This document shows, piece after piece, positions 45,412-54,383 of a stretch of DNA of 64,000 bases. The stretch is taken from positions 20,862 through 84,861 of the IMG/VR virus record IMGVR_UViG_3300033153_005382; one strand, given 5' to 3'. Every line of letters starts with the position of its first letter. The stretch's first letter is position 1. This DNA is from a virus. A program made the position numbers and the translations under genes. A model generated the notes under the pieces. It ran no database searches. It was not told the DNA's origin and worked only from the letters and a program-made list of their open reading frames with translations.

Positions 45412-46161
45412 CTAAGCCGATTGGCTTGACAAACTACTGGAACTCTGACTACTAGACGATTCGGACGACAGGAACGAACTAGCAGAGCTCGTCGAGTAAC
45501 TGCTAGAACTTGTCGATACAGACGATTCAGAGGTACTCTGACTGCTCGAACTACTCAAACTGGAACTGCTCAAACTACTCGACTCACTAGAACTAGAACT
45601 CGATACCTCATCGTCATGTCGAGCCAATATGTAAAGCGAAGCAAGTACGGCAGCCCCGCTTGCCTTCAACGTGATCCGATGGGACGACGCACTTAGATCA
45701 AATCCCGACTCACTTGGAGCGCACTTGACCAATATCCCTTGTCCTGGTAATGCACTTCCATTTGCTACAGTATGGTTCCCTAGTATATTCGTCCCTTCGC
45801 TGGACGCAGCGATTATCTCAAGCCGTCCTGCACTTGTCACAACATTGTCATTCTGTATCCCGATAGCAACGATCTCTTCGTACAGAATTTCCTGTCCTAC
45901 CCCATCGTTACCGGCACCTGCTCCGATGTCAAACCCTTGGAAATCTCGCAAACTGATCGTAACCTGGCCACCGTTCGGTACCGAAATACTCGACACCTCG
46001 AATCCCCTATTGGCCTGATTCGCACTGGCACCTGACGTCAACGTTGGTCGATACTGCATGTCCGGATGACTGACCTTCGTCTCTGAGCCATCCGACAAGG
46101 TATTGACTAGTTCAGCCGTAATCCTTAGATTGATCTTCGGCTGTGATAAGCTTCTTGTCAT
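45412..46161 (-). CDS. Virion-region protein with a C-terminal poly-Ser tail
   Basis: The last ~63 aa are Ser-dominated; the gene lies between the tail terminator and tail tube. Confidence 0.7.
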   Translation of the reverse strand: MTRSLSQPKINLRITAELVNTLSDGSETKVSHPDMQYRPTLTSGASANQANRGFEVSSISVPNGGQVTISLRDFQGFDIGAGAGNDGVGQEILYEEIVAIGIQNDNVVTSAGRLEIIAASSEGTNILGNHTVANGSALPGQGILVKCAPSESGFDLSASSHRITLKASGAAVLASLYILARHDDEVSSSSSSESSSLSSSSLSSSSSQSTSESSVSTSSSSYSTSSASSFLSSESSSSQSSSSLSSQSA

Positions 46162-46171
46162 TATCCCACTC

Positions 46172-46657
46172 CTATACAGCTATTGGAACGTCAATGCGAA
46201 ACAAATACATGATCGTCCACTGGTATGTCTCACCTTCGGTCCACACACCATACTCATTCTGTAACTGAGTTACCAAATGATTGCCATGATCCAACGTCAG
46301 GTCTACTGGTACTCCCCCTGAATGTCCTCCAAAAACCTCCATAATGGCTCCGGCTAGTCCACCAGCTTTCTCCTTCACATTGCCTTCCTTCGTATGAACA
46401 TGGAACACTACCTCGATGTCTCTTATCTCCCGCTTCTTTCCGATCTTCGTACTACTGTGCCTCTGTACAACGTTATAGGTTGGCTCGTCCATTACAACGT
46501 ATGGCCAAGGCTGTCCATCGGGTGCTATCTGATCGTTCAACACAAAGTATGCATCTTCTGATGGATCGCTCCATTCTGCCCGAAACGTAGCATTCAACGA
46601 ACTTGCATCCCAAGCTCGATTGATCGCTTTACAAAAGTCTAACGTTCCTACAGCCAC
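46172..46657 (-). CDS. Tail terminator/completion protein
   Basis: APDGQPWPYVV motif and position. Confidence 0.65.
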   Translation of the reverse strand: MAVGTLDFCKAINRAWDASSLNATFRAEWSDPSEDAYFVLNDQIAPDGQPWPYVVMDEPTYNVVQRHSSTKIGKKREIRDIEVVFHVHTKEGNVKEKAGGLAGAIMEVFGGHSGGVPVDLTLDHGNHLVTQLQNEYGVWTEGETYQWTIMYLFRIDVPIAV

Positions 46658-46676
46658 AACTATTCCTGTGCCTCTC

Positions 46677-47123
46677 TTACGATATTGGTCCTGTTAGAAT
46701 TCTCCTGACTGTTCGTTGATTCTCCCTCAACGTTCTGGTCAAAAATGACCGATTCATTCTAGTCTCTAATATTACACCATAATCTAATGGCGTTCCGATG
46801 TACCCAGTGACGCCGTCCTGGTCTTCCTTGATTACCTTGAACAGAGTCTTCATCAACTGAGTCGTATCAGCCCTCGGGTATTCGCCGGGTGATGATCTTT
46901 CCGTTACGACGATTCCTCCTCTCGCTCCTTGAACCTTGACAACTGGCACTGATACGTTCCTAATCATCTCCTGCAAAACCATGTCGGTGGCCAATGTTAC
47001 CCGTTGCCTCATGGTCATCTTGATCTTACTTGACACCTGATCTATGAACCACTCAATTCTTGCTTTGCGTGCTATGCTTCCTGATGATCTTCGTCTTCTT
47101 GCGGCAACAACAGGGGCCGGCAT
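46677..47123 (-). CDS. Neck protein (HK97 gp10-like)
   Basis: SSPGEYPRADTTQL, GYIGTPLDYGVILE, RSFL. Confidence 0.7.
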   Translation of the reverse strand: MPAPVVAARRRRSSGSIARKARIEWFIDQVSSKIKMTMRQRVTLATDMVLQEMIRNVSVPVVKVQGARGGIVVTERSSPGEYPRADTTQLMKTLFKVIKEDQDGVTGYIGTPLDYGVILETRMNRSFLTRTLRENQRTVRRILTGPIS

Positions 47124-47125
47124 AA

Positions 47126-47722
47126 CTAATCTCCTAGGCTAGCTAGTTTCTCTGCCCATGGTTCTAAATCCTCCTCATACCGTGGTTGACGATAGCCTCC
47201 TATATTCGTCTGATTCAGCAGATACTTGCCTGGCAATTCGTCCACATCATCCATATCCGGTTTCCGTCCCTCGATGATCTTTGCCTCTCCTGCTTCGACA
47301 ATTAACGTCACCTCCCTGATAAGCGACTTCATTTCGTCCCACCCTAACTGTCCTTCCTTGCTTTCAACTCCTTTCAACGTACCATGGACGGAATAGCCCG
47401 CACTCTTGTTGATCGCTTTCCTGATCCGATCAAGTAACCTTTCATCATCCCTAAGCGGATCTACTACTATCCACTTCCGCTTGGCTGGGTTGATATGCAA
47501 CTGCATTCCGGGAATCCTGCCCGGCAGTCCATCAATAATCTTTGCAGATGCTGGGACAACAACGGACTCCCCTTCTTCCTTACTGAAGACCATCTTCGTT
47601 GGTTTCACGGCTGATCTGAGTCGTGTTCGTTCTAATCCTTGGATGATCAAATCCGAATTCCGAGGATGATCCGCTTCGATAGCAAATGGCTTTACGTCTA
47701 CTATAGGTTGACTCTCGCTCAT
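47126..47722 (-). CDS. Hypothetical protein downstream of the capsid gene
   Basis: ATG at 47722 after AGGAG. Confidence 0.55.
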   Translation of the reverse strand: MSESQPIVDVKPFAIEADHPRNSDLIIQGLERTRLRSAVKPTKMVFSKEEGESVVVPASAKIIDGLPGRIPGMQLHINPAKRKWIVVDPLRDDERLLDRIRKAINKSAGYSVHGTLKGVESKEGQLGWDEMKSLIREVTLIVEAGEAKIIEGRKPDMDDVDELPGKYLLNQTNIGGYRQPRYEEDLEPWAEKLASLGD

Positions 47723-47845
47723 AATATTCTGTTCTCCTACATGCTGTTCTCGAATTCTTGATAGACAGACCCGCCACCGACCGGAGAACAGCGAGAGAAC
47801 CGGTGGCGGGCCTTTTCCGGGAGGGATCACCTCCTCCAACATGGA

Positions 47846-49435
47846 CTACGCAGGTGCGGTTGTCGTGATTCCTACGCAAGCGCCTCGTTCTACTTGGCCT
47901 CCATACCTAGCCATGGCAACAATCAACATGCTGTTATTCCGAATCAGCGTATCGCCTTCGGTGGACGTTCTGACAGCAAAGCCCTTACGACGATACATCC
48001 GATACCGCTTCATCAGTGTATAGATGATTTGCTGATTTGTCAGGCTTTCGTTGATCTTGTACGGTCGTTGCATCCAACTGTACGAATCGTAATCCATTCC
48101 ACCGACCCGTCTAGCATCAGCAGTACCGACCGGAATTCCACGGGCCCTACTGTAACTTGTCTCGGTGCCGATGAACACTGCGGAAGACTTAACGGCGGCC
48201 GTGTGTTCATTCTTCGGCACGGAGAATCGTAACGATTCGTAGTTTCCAATCGTCGTAGTCCCACTAAATGCTACTGATGTCGTTCCGGTAGCATTAGTAT
48301 ACCCTTCCGGTTGCGTCGTTCCATTGCCAGTGGCAATGACATCATCGAGATCTTCGAGCAATCGTTCCCCATACTGTTGGGTCATTACTGCTCCGAAGTC
48401 GATTGGTGTATCGCTTAGGAAATCAAGGCCGATACGTACAGCTCCTTCCCAACGATAGATGGTCGTGTCAAACGCAGCGACGAACGAATTCGTATTGAAC
48501 AACGTGATCGCTGAGTCATCGACACCGCCCCAACTTCCAGTCACCGTCTCGATGCTGACTCCTTCGATTCGACGACCCCTGGACAACGGAATCTCGTTGA
48601 CCATCGGATACAGTTCGCCGTTCAGCAATGGCACCTGAATGACTTGCTCATCGAACACAATCGGAGCTGCCTCAAGACCGCCAGACGTGGCATCGTCGAT
48701 CAAAGCCTTGATACCTCGGCCGTTTTCGGAATTGTAGCCCTTTTGACGTCCAACGACGTAATCACGGCTGTTGTCCCATTCCGCCTCCTCGGCTAGATGG
48801 CACAGCAAACTCTTGTCGTGATTATTCATCTGGGCAAACGCAGCATGAGCATTGCCGGCCAGTTTGGGCGTCACCGACATGAGCTGAAACTTGGCCCAGA
48901 CTCCTGAAAGGGCCTTCTCTAGATCGGAAGCCTCGTCCAGGGGCTCACCGAACGCTTTTACTCGTTGCTTTGAATTCTGATGCGGTCGTCCGTGTTTCGT
49001 ACTTTCGGGATACAACAGAGCTGTCTTGGTCGTCGAGTACTGTTCAACAGCAGCTTTGACCCTAGCCTCAACAGTCTCATCATTGCCTTCGACAGTACCA
49101 CCGATCGACGCTATCTTCATGGCCAACCCGGATGACTTGACTTCTTTCACTTCCGTGTCCTCTGACTTCTCATCAGTCTCTTCCTCTTCCTCTTCCTTGG
49201 TCGCAAGTAGATCGATGGCCTTTTCAAGTCCATCGGCAATTCTATCGAATCGCTTGGCAAACTCATTTGCCTCATCCTCATCGTCTTCCTTGCTCAATTC
49301 CGCATGCTTTTCCGCCGTCAACTTGCCTTCCAGCATTGCTGCCACGGCGGCCTTGCGTAGATCGTCATCAGAGTCATTGACATCACAGTCATACTCTTTA
49401 ACGAGCCACGCCCTTAGTGCTTTTGTGATCTTCAT
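47846..49435 (-). CDS. Major capsid protein (HK97 fold) with a long N-terminal scaffold-like region
   Basis: SGGLEAAP, FLSDTPIDF, GNGTTQPEG, RYGG; follows the protease. Confidence 0.85.
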   Translation of the reverse strand: MKITKALRAWLVKEYDCDVNDSDDDLRKAAVAAMLEGKLTAEKHAELSKEDDEDEANEFAKRFDRIADGLEKAIDLLATKEEEEEETDEKSEDTEVKEVKSSGLAMKIASIGGTVEGNDETVEARVKAAVEQYSTTKTALLYPESTKHGRPHQNSKQRVKAFGEPLDEASDLEKALSGVWAKFQLMSVTPKLAGNAHAAFAQMNNHDKSLLCHLAEEAEWDNSRDYVVGRQKGYNSENGRGIKALIDDATSGGLEAAPIVFDEQVIQVPLLNGELYPMVNEIPLSRGRRIEGVSIETVTGSWGGVDDSAITLFNTNSFVAAFDTTIYRWEGAVRIGLDFLSDTPIDFGAVMTQQYGERLLEDLDDVIATGNGTTQPEGYTNATGTTSVAFSGTTTIGNYESLRFSVPKNEHTAAVKSSAVFIGTETSYSRARGIPVGTADARRVGGMDYDSYSWMQRPYKINESLTNQQIIYTLMKRYRMYRRKGFAVRTSTEGDTLIRNNSMLIVAMARYGGQVERGACVGITTTAPA

Positions 49436-49498
49436 TTCTTACCTCTCTTGGTTTGATCACATCGGCTTGGACCGCCGCGGACCGTCCGCTGCGAGTCG

Positions 49499-51142
49499 TC
49501 ATTTCGTTTTCTGTCTCTTCAACTCCCGATACTGTTCAGCCTTCTTACTGGCTTCCTCTCGCTCGTCGAAGTGCTTCAACACTTTTACTAGTCTTGCTCT
49601 TTCTGCTTTCGTAGAATGTGCTACCCATTCCTCCATGGACAACTCCTCTGACTTCTCCTCAACTCCCTCAACTTCCTTCCCTTCCTCATTGACCATGGTC
49701 GATAACACACCCTTCATGTGATAAATCGACTGTCCGATACACGCCTTGCAATCGATCGGTGGGCTCATCTTGTAAGCCTCTTCGGCGTACCCTACGGCTT
49801 TCTTGAGCCGTCCTTCGTTCGATAACGACAACACCCGTCCTTTCTTTTCGCCGTCTGCTTCAGAAGTTTTTTCCTCCTCTTCTTCCTTTTCAGGTTCTTC
49901 AGCCTTGGATGGCTTCTCCTTCCCAGTCATCTTGTAACCGCACTTCTCACACACGCCGTCCTTGATCTGATCACTACCACACTTTGGACATACAGGAGCT
50001 TCTTTTTCTTCTTCCTTTTTCACTTCCTTGTCGGTACTTCTCTCTCCTTCGTCCCGTCCTTCGCTTCCTTCGTCTCCAGTCCCATCGCTGGCTTCTTTTG
50101 ATGGGCTGGCTTCTCCGCCGGCTTTCTGATCATCTCCTCCGGAATCTCCGCCTCCGAATTGGCTGGCAGTGTCTGTATCGGAATCTCCCTTTTCATTGCT
50201 CTCCTCCAATTCCATCTTTACGGGCACTGTAACATCTCGTCCTTCCCGAATAACTCTTCCTACTTCCTTCATTACACTCGACGTGAGCTTTCCGCTCTCG
50301 ACTAATGACAAAATCACCTCATGCGTATCCGTATCAACGTTGGCTGGAACAGACACAAGTGATTCTTCCATGACCTCACACCGCACAATGTCAAAGCCTC
50401 CCGTCAGCTTTCCTTTCGAGTCTTTCACCTTATCAAACTCACGGGCTTTGAAGCCATGACTGAACCTGCCCATTCCATTGTCCACCATTACGGCAGAATC
50501 ATGACTCGTCTCGTTCATGTCGATGATACATGACCACAGATCGAGTGTCTTCTCATTCTGCAACGCAATTCTGAGCATCTTGCCAATTGGCATGGTATTA
50601 ACGTGCTGAAACAGAAGCAGCATCTTCGGATCGACTTCCATTCCCTCGGTTCGAAGTATATCCCCATCCCGATCCTTCCTTGGTGTAGACAGAGTATGCC
50701 TGAACACCATCAACGTACTCTTCGGCAGCTCCACGCCTTGGGGCAGATCGTTGTACAGATCTGTCAGTTTTTCGTGCACTTCACTATCTTCGTTCGAGTA
50801 CACAAGTGTCTGTGCTGCTTTCCTCAACACATCGTCAAACGATGTCATTCCCTTGGCTGCGACCCCATAACAGATCTCAACTCCGGCTTTATCCAACATC
50901 GTCTGAACGTATCTATCAGCAGTCAGGATTCCTCGATTGAACCGAGTCTGCTTTTCCTGCCGCTGTCGTATAGCTACCAACAGTTCCTCATTAGGATCCA
51001 TTGCTTTCTTCTCCTCTCTCCAGATCGAATGACAAATCGCCACGGCTTGCTTTTCATCCTTGGCGGTGCCTTCGTTCAAAACAAAAGGAATACAACGCTC
51101 AACGAACTGATCCTCGGTCTCGCCTTGCTTTGGTTTAGGCAT
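49499..51142 (-). CDS. Prohead maturation protease with N- and C-terminal extensions
   Basis: DRDGDIL, LLFQH..PIGK, FSHGF, EESLVSVPAN (HK97-type protease); C-terminal CPKC..CEKC. Confidence 0.9.
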   Translation of the reverse strand: MPKPKQGETEDQFVERCIPFVLNEGTAKDEKQAVAICHSIWREEKKAMDPNEELLVAIRQRQEKQTRFNRGILTADRYVQTMLDKAGVEICYGVAAKGMTSFDDVLRKAAQTLVYSNEDSEVHEKLTDLYNDLPQGVELPKSTLMVFRHTLSTPRKDRDGDILRTEGMEVDPKMLLLFQHVNTMPIGKMLRIALQNEKTLDLWSCIIDMNETSHDSAVMVDNGMGRFSHGFKAREFDKVKDSKGKLTGGFDIVRCEVMEESLVSVPANVDTDTHEVILSLVESGKLTSSVMKEVGRVIREGRDVTVPVKMELEESNEKGDSDTDTASQFGGGDSGGDDQKAGGEASPSKEASDGTGDEGSEGRDEGERSTDKEVKKEEEKEAPVCPKCGSDQIKDGVCEKCGYKMTGKEKPSKAEEPEKEEEEEKTSEADGEKKGRVLSLSNEGRLKKAVGYAEEAYKMSPPIDCKACIGQSIYHMKGVLSTMVNEEGKEVEGVEEKSEELSMEEWVAHSTKAERARLVKVLKHFDEREEASKKAEQYRELKRQKTK

Positions 51143-51152
51143 TACCGGCCTG

Positions 51153-51626
51153 CTAACTGTTGGCTTCGATTTCCTCTACGACGTCTTCGTGTGCACGAGT
51201 CTTCAACGTCACGTGAAGTCTCTGCAAGAACTTGACATCCTTCTTGTACCCGGCTTTGGATATGTCAATATCGTTCAGCCACCGTACGATATCATGAATA
51301 CTTGGACGTCCGCCCTGGAACCTAGGCGAGTTACCTAGTACCTTTGCCTTGCCTGCATCCAACTTCAGTCGTTTCATGGTCCTGGTAGTCTCCGCCAAAA
51401 GCTGTCCCGCCCTCTGCTGATCAGCATTGACTGCCAATTCCTGTACGGCTCCAAAATTGATCGACACTTTGTAATCCGGATTCTTCATCTGCTTTCTAGC
51501 CTCCGATTCGTTCTGTCTTTCGACAAACGTGACCCTTTCGTTACCTAAAACCAATCCATCGTCTACTTCCTTATTCCTAGCCTGCCTCCTCTGTGACCTC
51601 TCAAACGATTTGACGATTCTGTTCAT
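51153..51626 (-). CDS. Hypothetical protein
   Basis: Translationally coupled to the upstream gene. Confidence 0.55.
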   Translation of the reverse strand: MNRIVKSFERSQRRQARNKEVDDGLVLGNERVTFVERQNESEARKQMKNPDYKVSINFGAVQELAVNADQQRAGQLLAETTRTMKRLKLDAGKAKVLGNSPRFQGGRPSIHDIVRWLNDIDISKAGYKKDVKFLQRLHVTLKTRAHEDVVEEIEANS

Positions 51627-52246
51627 TAGGTCGACCAGCTACTAGACGATAGACTCGACTCACTAGTCGCGGAAACGCTGCTCTGTGACTGGCTCGAAGC
51701 GCTCGATGGGCTACTGGACGATTCGCTAGAACTAGATTCACTACTAGAGCTAGAACTAGTCGACTGACTCGACTGGCTGCTAGAACTAGTCGACTGACTC
51801 GACTGGCTGCTAGAACTCACACTACTAGAACTAGTCGATTGGCTCGACGAACTTTCGGAGCTAGTCGATACACTACTAGAGCTACTATTGCTTGTCGAAC
51901 TCCAAGAACTGGACGAATGACTCGACGAGCTGGACGATACGAATTCCTTGCTAAGCACACAGAAGTTACTGAATGCTCCAGGAAACACCCTATCACCGGT
52001 ATGGAAATGCAACACTTGTGGCAGGCCTGTCGTTCCATCGACATTGGTGTCGATCAACACGGCCTCATACATTTGATTGACAGGCAATGTCGTAGACACA
52101 GTCTCGGTCGTCCCGCCGATTGCGTCATTCGAATAGGATGCTGCTATTGCTGAATCATCTCCTGCCCTTCTCATCCTTGTGATCGTTAGACTTCTGGACG
52201 ACAAATGGGCTCCGCCGGGTCCCAGATACAACGTGACTCGTGCCAT
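51626..52246 (-). CDS. Head-region protein with a ~100-aa poly-Ser tail
   Basis: Small beta-rich N-domain followed by SSSSSSHSSSSWSS...WST. Confidence 0.7.
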   Translation of the reverse strand: MARVTLYLGPGGAHLSSRSLTITRMRRAGDDSAIAASYSNDAIGGTTETVSTTLPVNQMYEAVLIDTNVDGTTGLPQVLHFHTGDRVFPGAFSNFCVLSKEFVSSSSSSHSSSSWSSTSNSSSSSVSTSSESSSSQSTSSSSVSSSSQSSQSTSSSSQSSQSTSSSSSSESSSSESSSSPSSASSQSQSSVSATSESSLSSSSWST

Positions 52247-52261
52247 GTCAACTTCTCCCTC

Positions 52262-52308
52262 AAAACAAAAACCGCGATTGCCTAGTTCTAGCTTTTAGGC
52301 ATCGCGGC
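52262..52308 (-). terminator. Terminator-like hairpin
   Basis: CCGCGATGCCTA-loop-TAGGCAATCGCGG-TTTTTGTTTT. Confidence 0.55.
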
Positions 52309-52395
52309 TCTTATTACCACCTTGTCGCCTAGCTTCTATTCTTTAATATAGATGCTCTAGCTCACTTAGCCTATAGAGCTTTCTGTAACTTTACC

Positions 52396-52602
52396 TCATT
52401 TCCCTGCCTCCGCCCTATCAAAACAATCCGTCGACACCCTACAATGAACAATCCCATCCCGATTACCGCGAACTTCGAGTTTCAGATTGAAATCCTCCCC
52501 GTTGACCATGAAACTGGTGAACAGCTTTTCGAACTTCCGTAAGTTCGTCAAGAACAGCTTCAAATGGACGTCATCCTTTATTAGGCTTCCATAGTCGGTC
52601 AT
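52396..52602 (-). CDS. Hypothetical protein
   Basis: ORF track; part of an overlapping operon chain. Confidence 0.5.
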   Translation of the reverse strand: MTDYGSLIKDDVHLKLFLTNLRKFEKLFTSFMVNGEDFNLKLEVRGNRDGIVHCRVSTDCFDRAEAGK

Positions 52603-52828
52603 TCGGTTTCTCGACTTCGATGTCTAGTTCTGTGGCATTGTAAATCAACACCTCAACATCACATCCTGCCCATTTCGTAATGGCCTTTCGTAACCGACAT
52701 TCCTCATCCTTCTCAAGCTTCCTATATGTCCGACATAGTATCCGATCCCCAGGACTAAATTGTATCTTGGTACAGCTTATGTCGGCTAGCTTGGGCCTTG
52801 GTCGTCTTAATGGAACTGCCATACTCAA
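52571..52828 (-). CDS. Hypothetical protein
   Basis: ORF track; part of an overlapping operon chain. Confidence 0.5.
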   Translation of the reverse strand: MSMAVPLRRPRPKLADISCTKIQFSPGDRILCRTYRKLEKDEECRLRKAITKWAGCDVEVLIYNATELDIEVEKPNDRLWKPNKG

Positions 52829-53103
52829 CCCCTACCTATCGACTCGAAGAAGTCGGGCAACGTAACCTCATCGCCTCCATTGTCGTCATCGTCGTCTTCG
52901 TCCACAGAGACAGTCAAACTAATAGAAACTGCTTCGCCTTTTGCTAAGTTTCTAATCCTCATCCTCACCTCGTCTACAAGCGTACAATTCTTACGCTTCA
53001 ACTGTGAACCGGTTGCCGATAACATAGCCACGATCGGGAACGAAACAAGCGCTCCTAAAACGAAAGCAACGATTACCGCATTGACTACTGCTACTGTATC
53101 CAT
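52825..53103 (-). CDS. Small membrane protein
   Basis: N-terminal hydrophobic helix and acidic tail. Confidence 0.5.
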   Translation of the reverse strand: MDTVAVVNAVIVAFVLGALVSFPIVAMLSATGSQLKRKNCTLVDEVRMRIRNLAKGEAVSISLTVSVDEDDDDDNGGDEVTLPDFFESIGRG

Positions 53104-53107
53104 AATC

Positions 53108-53443
53108 CTACTCCCTCCATTTGATGGTCTCTGTCAACTGTCCTCTCAACATCCGATACAAATCTAGACACCACTGAGCTACTTCCTTAGTTGCTTTCTC
53201 CTCTGATTCCGTATTCCTCCAATCCCCTGTACTGTGCCTCACTGCCATGGTACGCCAAAGAACTATTGATGCCTTCCTGTCAGCATCAATCCTAGGTGGC
53301 GTGCCCCACCGATCCCGATACATACTTACCGTCAACGAAAACCTCGGGGCTAATGCTGCCCCTAACTGAACCATATCCTCAGTACTTTGTACTAACTGCT
53401 CTCCATGAATTCGTTTCCTTTTCTTTCCGTTTCTCTTCGACAT
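53108..53443 (-). CDS. Hypothetical protein
   Basis: RBS GGAGGAG. Confidence 0.45.
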   Translation of the reverse strand: MSKRNGKKRKRIHGEQLVQSTEDMVQLGAALAPRFSLTVSMYRDRWGTPPRIDADRKASIVLWRTMAVRHSTGDWRNTESEEKATKEVAQWCLDLYRMLRGQLTETIKWRE

Positions 53444-53445
53444 AA

Positions 53446-54207
53446 CTACTCCTCCATGGGACCACCGCCAGGATTAGAAACAAACCTATCAGTAGCAGGA
53501 TCATGGTACGGGTTGAACTTCTCGCCTAGTTCGTCTACTTCCTCCCCTAAATTCGACTCTTCCCTTTCGTAATAATCTCGAATAAGCTGTTCGGCTTCGC
53601 TTGCCTGCATCCCGTACTCCATCACTATTGTACACTGACAATTACACCTTTCCTCGGGTGGTAGCCCGAAGTATCCTGGCCATGGAATAAATAAACCTGC
53701 TAACAACCACATTCCATTCTCATCTGCCGGGACTCCGTCTAGTGATGCATGAGAATCCCTTGTCGTAGTTCCTAAAACACTTAGCCACGACGGTCTCATC
53801 GGCACTAACGGTCCCAAATCCTCTATCATCTGATTTATTGAAGCCTTCCTTGCTCCGTTCAACGCATTACCTGCCTCGGTGCGGGCTATGTTCATCGCCC
53901 GTTGTCTTGCGTACTTATCTCCCCCTAAGGACTCTTCCATTTCCTTCGCGATCTTCCTTATCGACCATCCTTCCCCGAGTCCTCTAATCAATGCATTCTC
54001 AGCGTCTCCCTGAGTTGTTTTGGCAATGACATCCCAATACGATTCAACAAATGACTCTGCTAGCTGTTCTGCTATGACCTGCTTCATCCACAACGGTATT
54101 TCAGTCCACAACCGTATCGGAAAGCCTTCCAATCCCTCAAACAACTCTCCAAGAGCATAAACATCCCCTGGATTCTCTATTAGCCATTCTGTTGCTGTTG
54201 TGGGCAT
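53446..54207 (-). CDS. MuF / SPP1 gp7-like minor head protein (C-terminal part)
   Basis: GWSIRKIA, RAMNIARTEAGNALN, TRDSHASLDG, PG..LPPEERCNCQC. Confidence 0.85.
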   Translation of the reverse strand: MPTTATEWLIENPGDVYALGELFEGLEGFPIRLWTEIPLWMKQVIAEQLAESFVESYWDVIAKTTQGDAENALIRGLGEGWSIRKIAKEMEESLGGDKYARQRAMNIARTEAGNALNGARKASINQMIEDLGPLVPMRPSWLSVLGTTTRDSHASLDGVPADENGMWLLAGLFIPWPGYFGLPPEERCNCQCTIVMEYGMQASEAEQLIRDYYEREESNLGEEVDELGEKFNPYHDPATDRFVSNPGGGPMEE

Positions 54208-54377
54208 TACAACTCCTTGGGATCGAATCCTAACATAGCCACAACCTCGGGTGGTGTGTTTTCCAACAACTCGTCATCAGGATCAACATCTTCGAAATTT
54301 GCGGCTCTCCAATCCACAACATCGTCTTCCTCGATGGTCCCGATGAACACATCAGATTCCTGATCGTAAACTTCCAC
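54207..54377 (-). CDS. Very acidic 56-aa protein downstream of TopIB
   Basis: Below the track cutoff. GGAGG RBS and GTG start give MEVYDQESDVFIGTIEEDDVVDWRAANFEDVDPDDELLENTPPEVVAMLGFDPKEL*. Confidence 0.65.
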   Translation of the reverse strand: MEVYDQESDVFIGTIEEDDVVDWRAANFEDVDPDDELLENTPPEVVAMLGFDPKEL

Positions 54378-54383
54378 TTTCTG

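Noticed and set aside
47723-47842. N-terminal extension of the 47126..47842 ORF
   Set aside because: The region is a GC hairpin (CCCGCCACCG/CGGTGGCGGG) after the capsid stop, and a better RBS and ATG lie at 47722.
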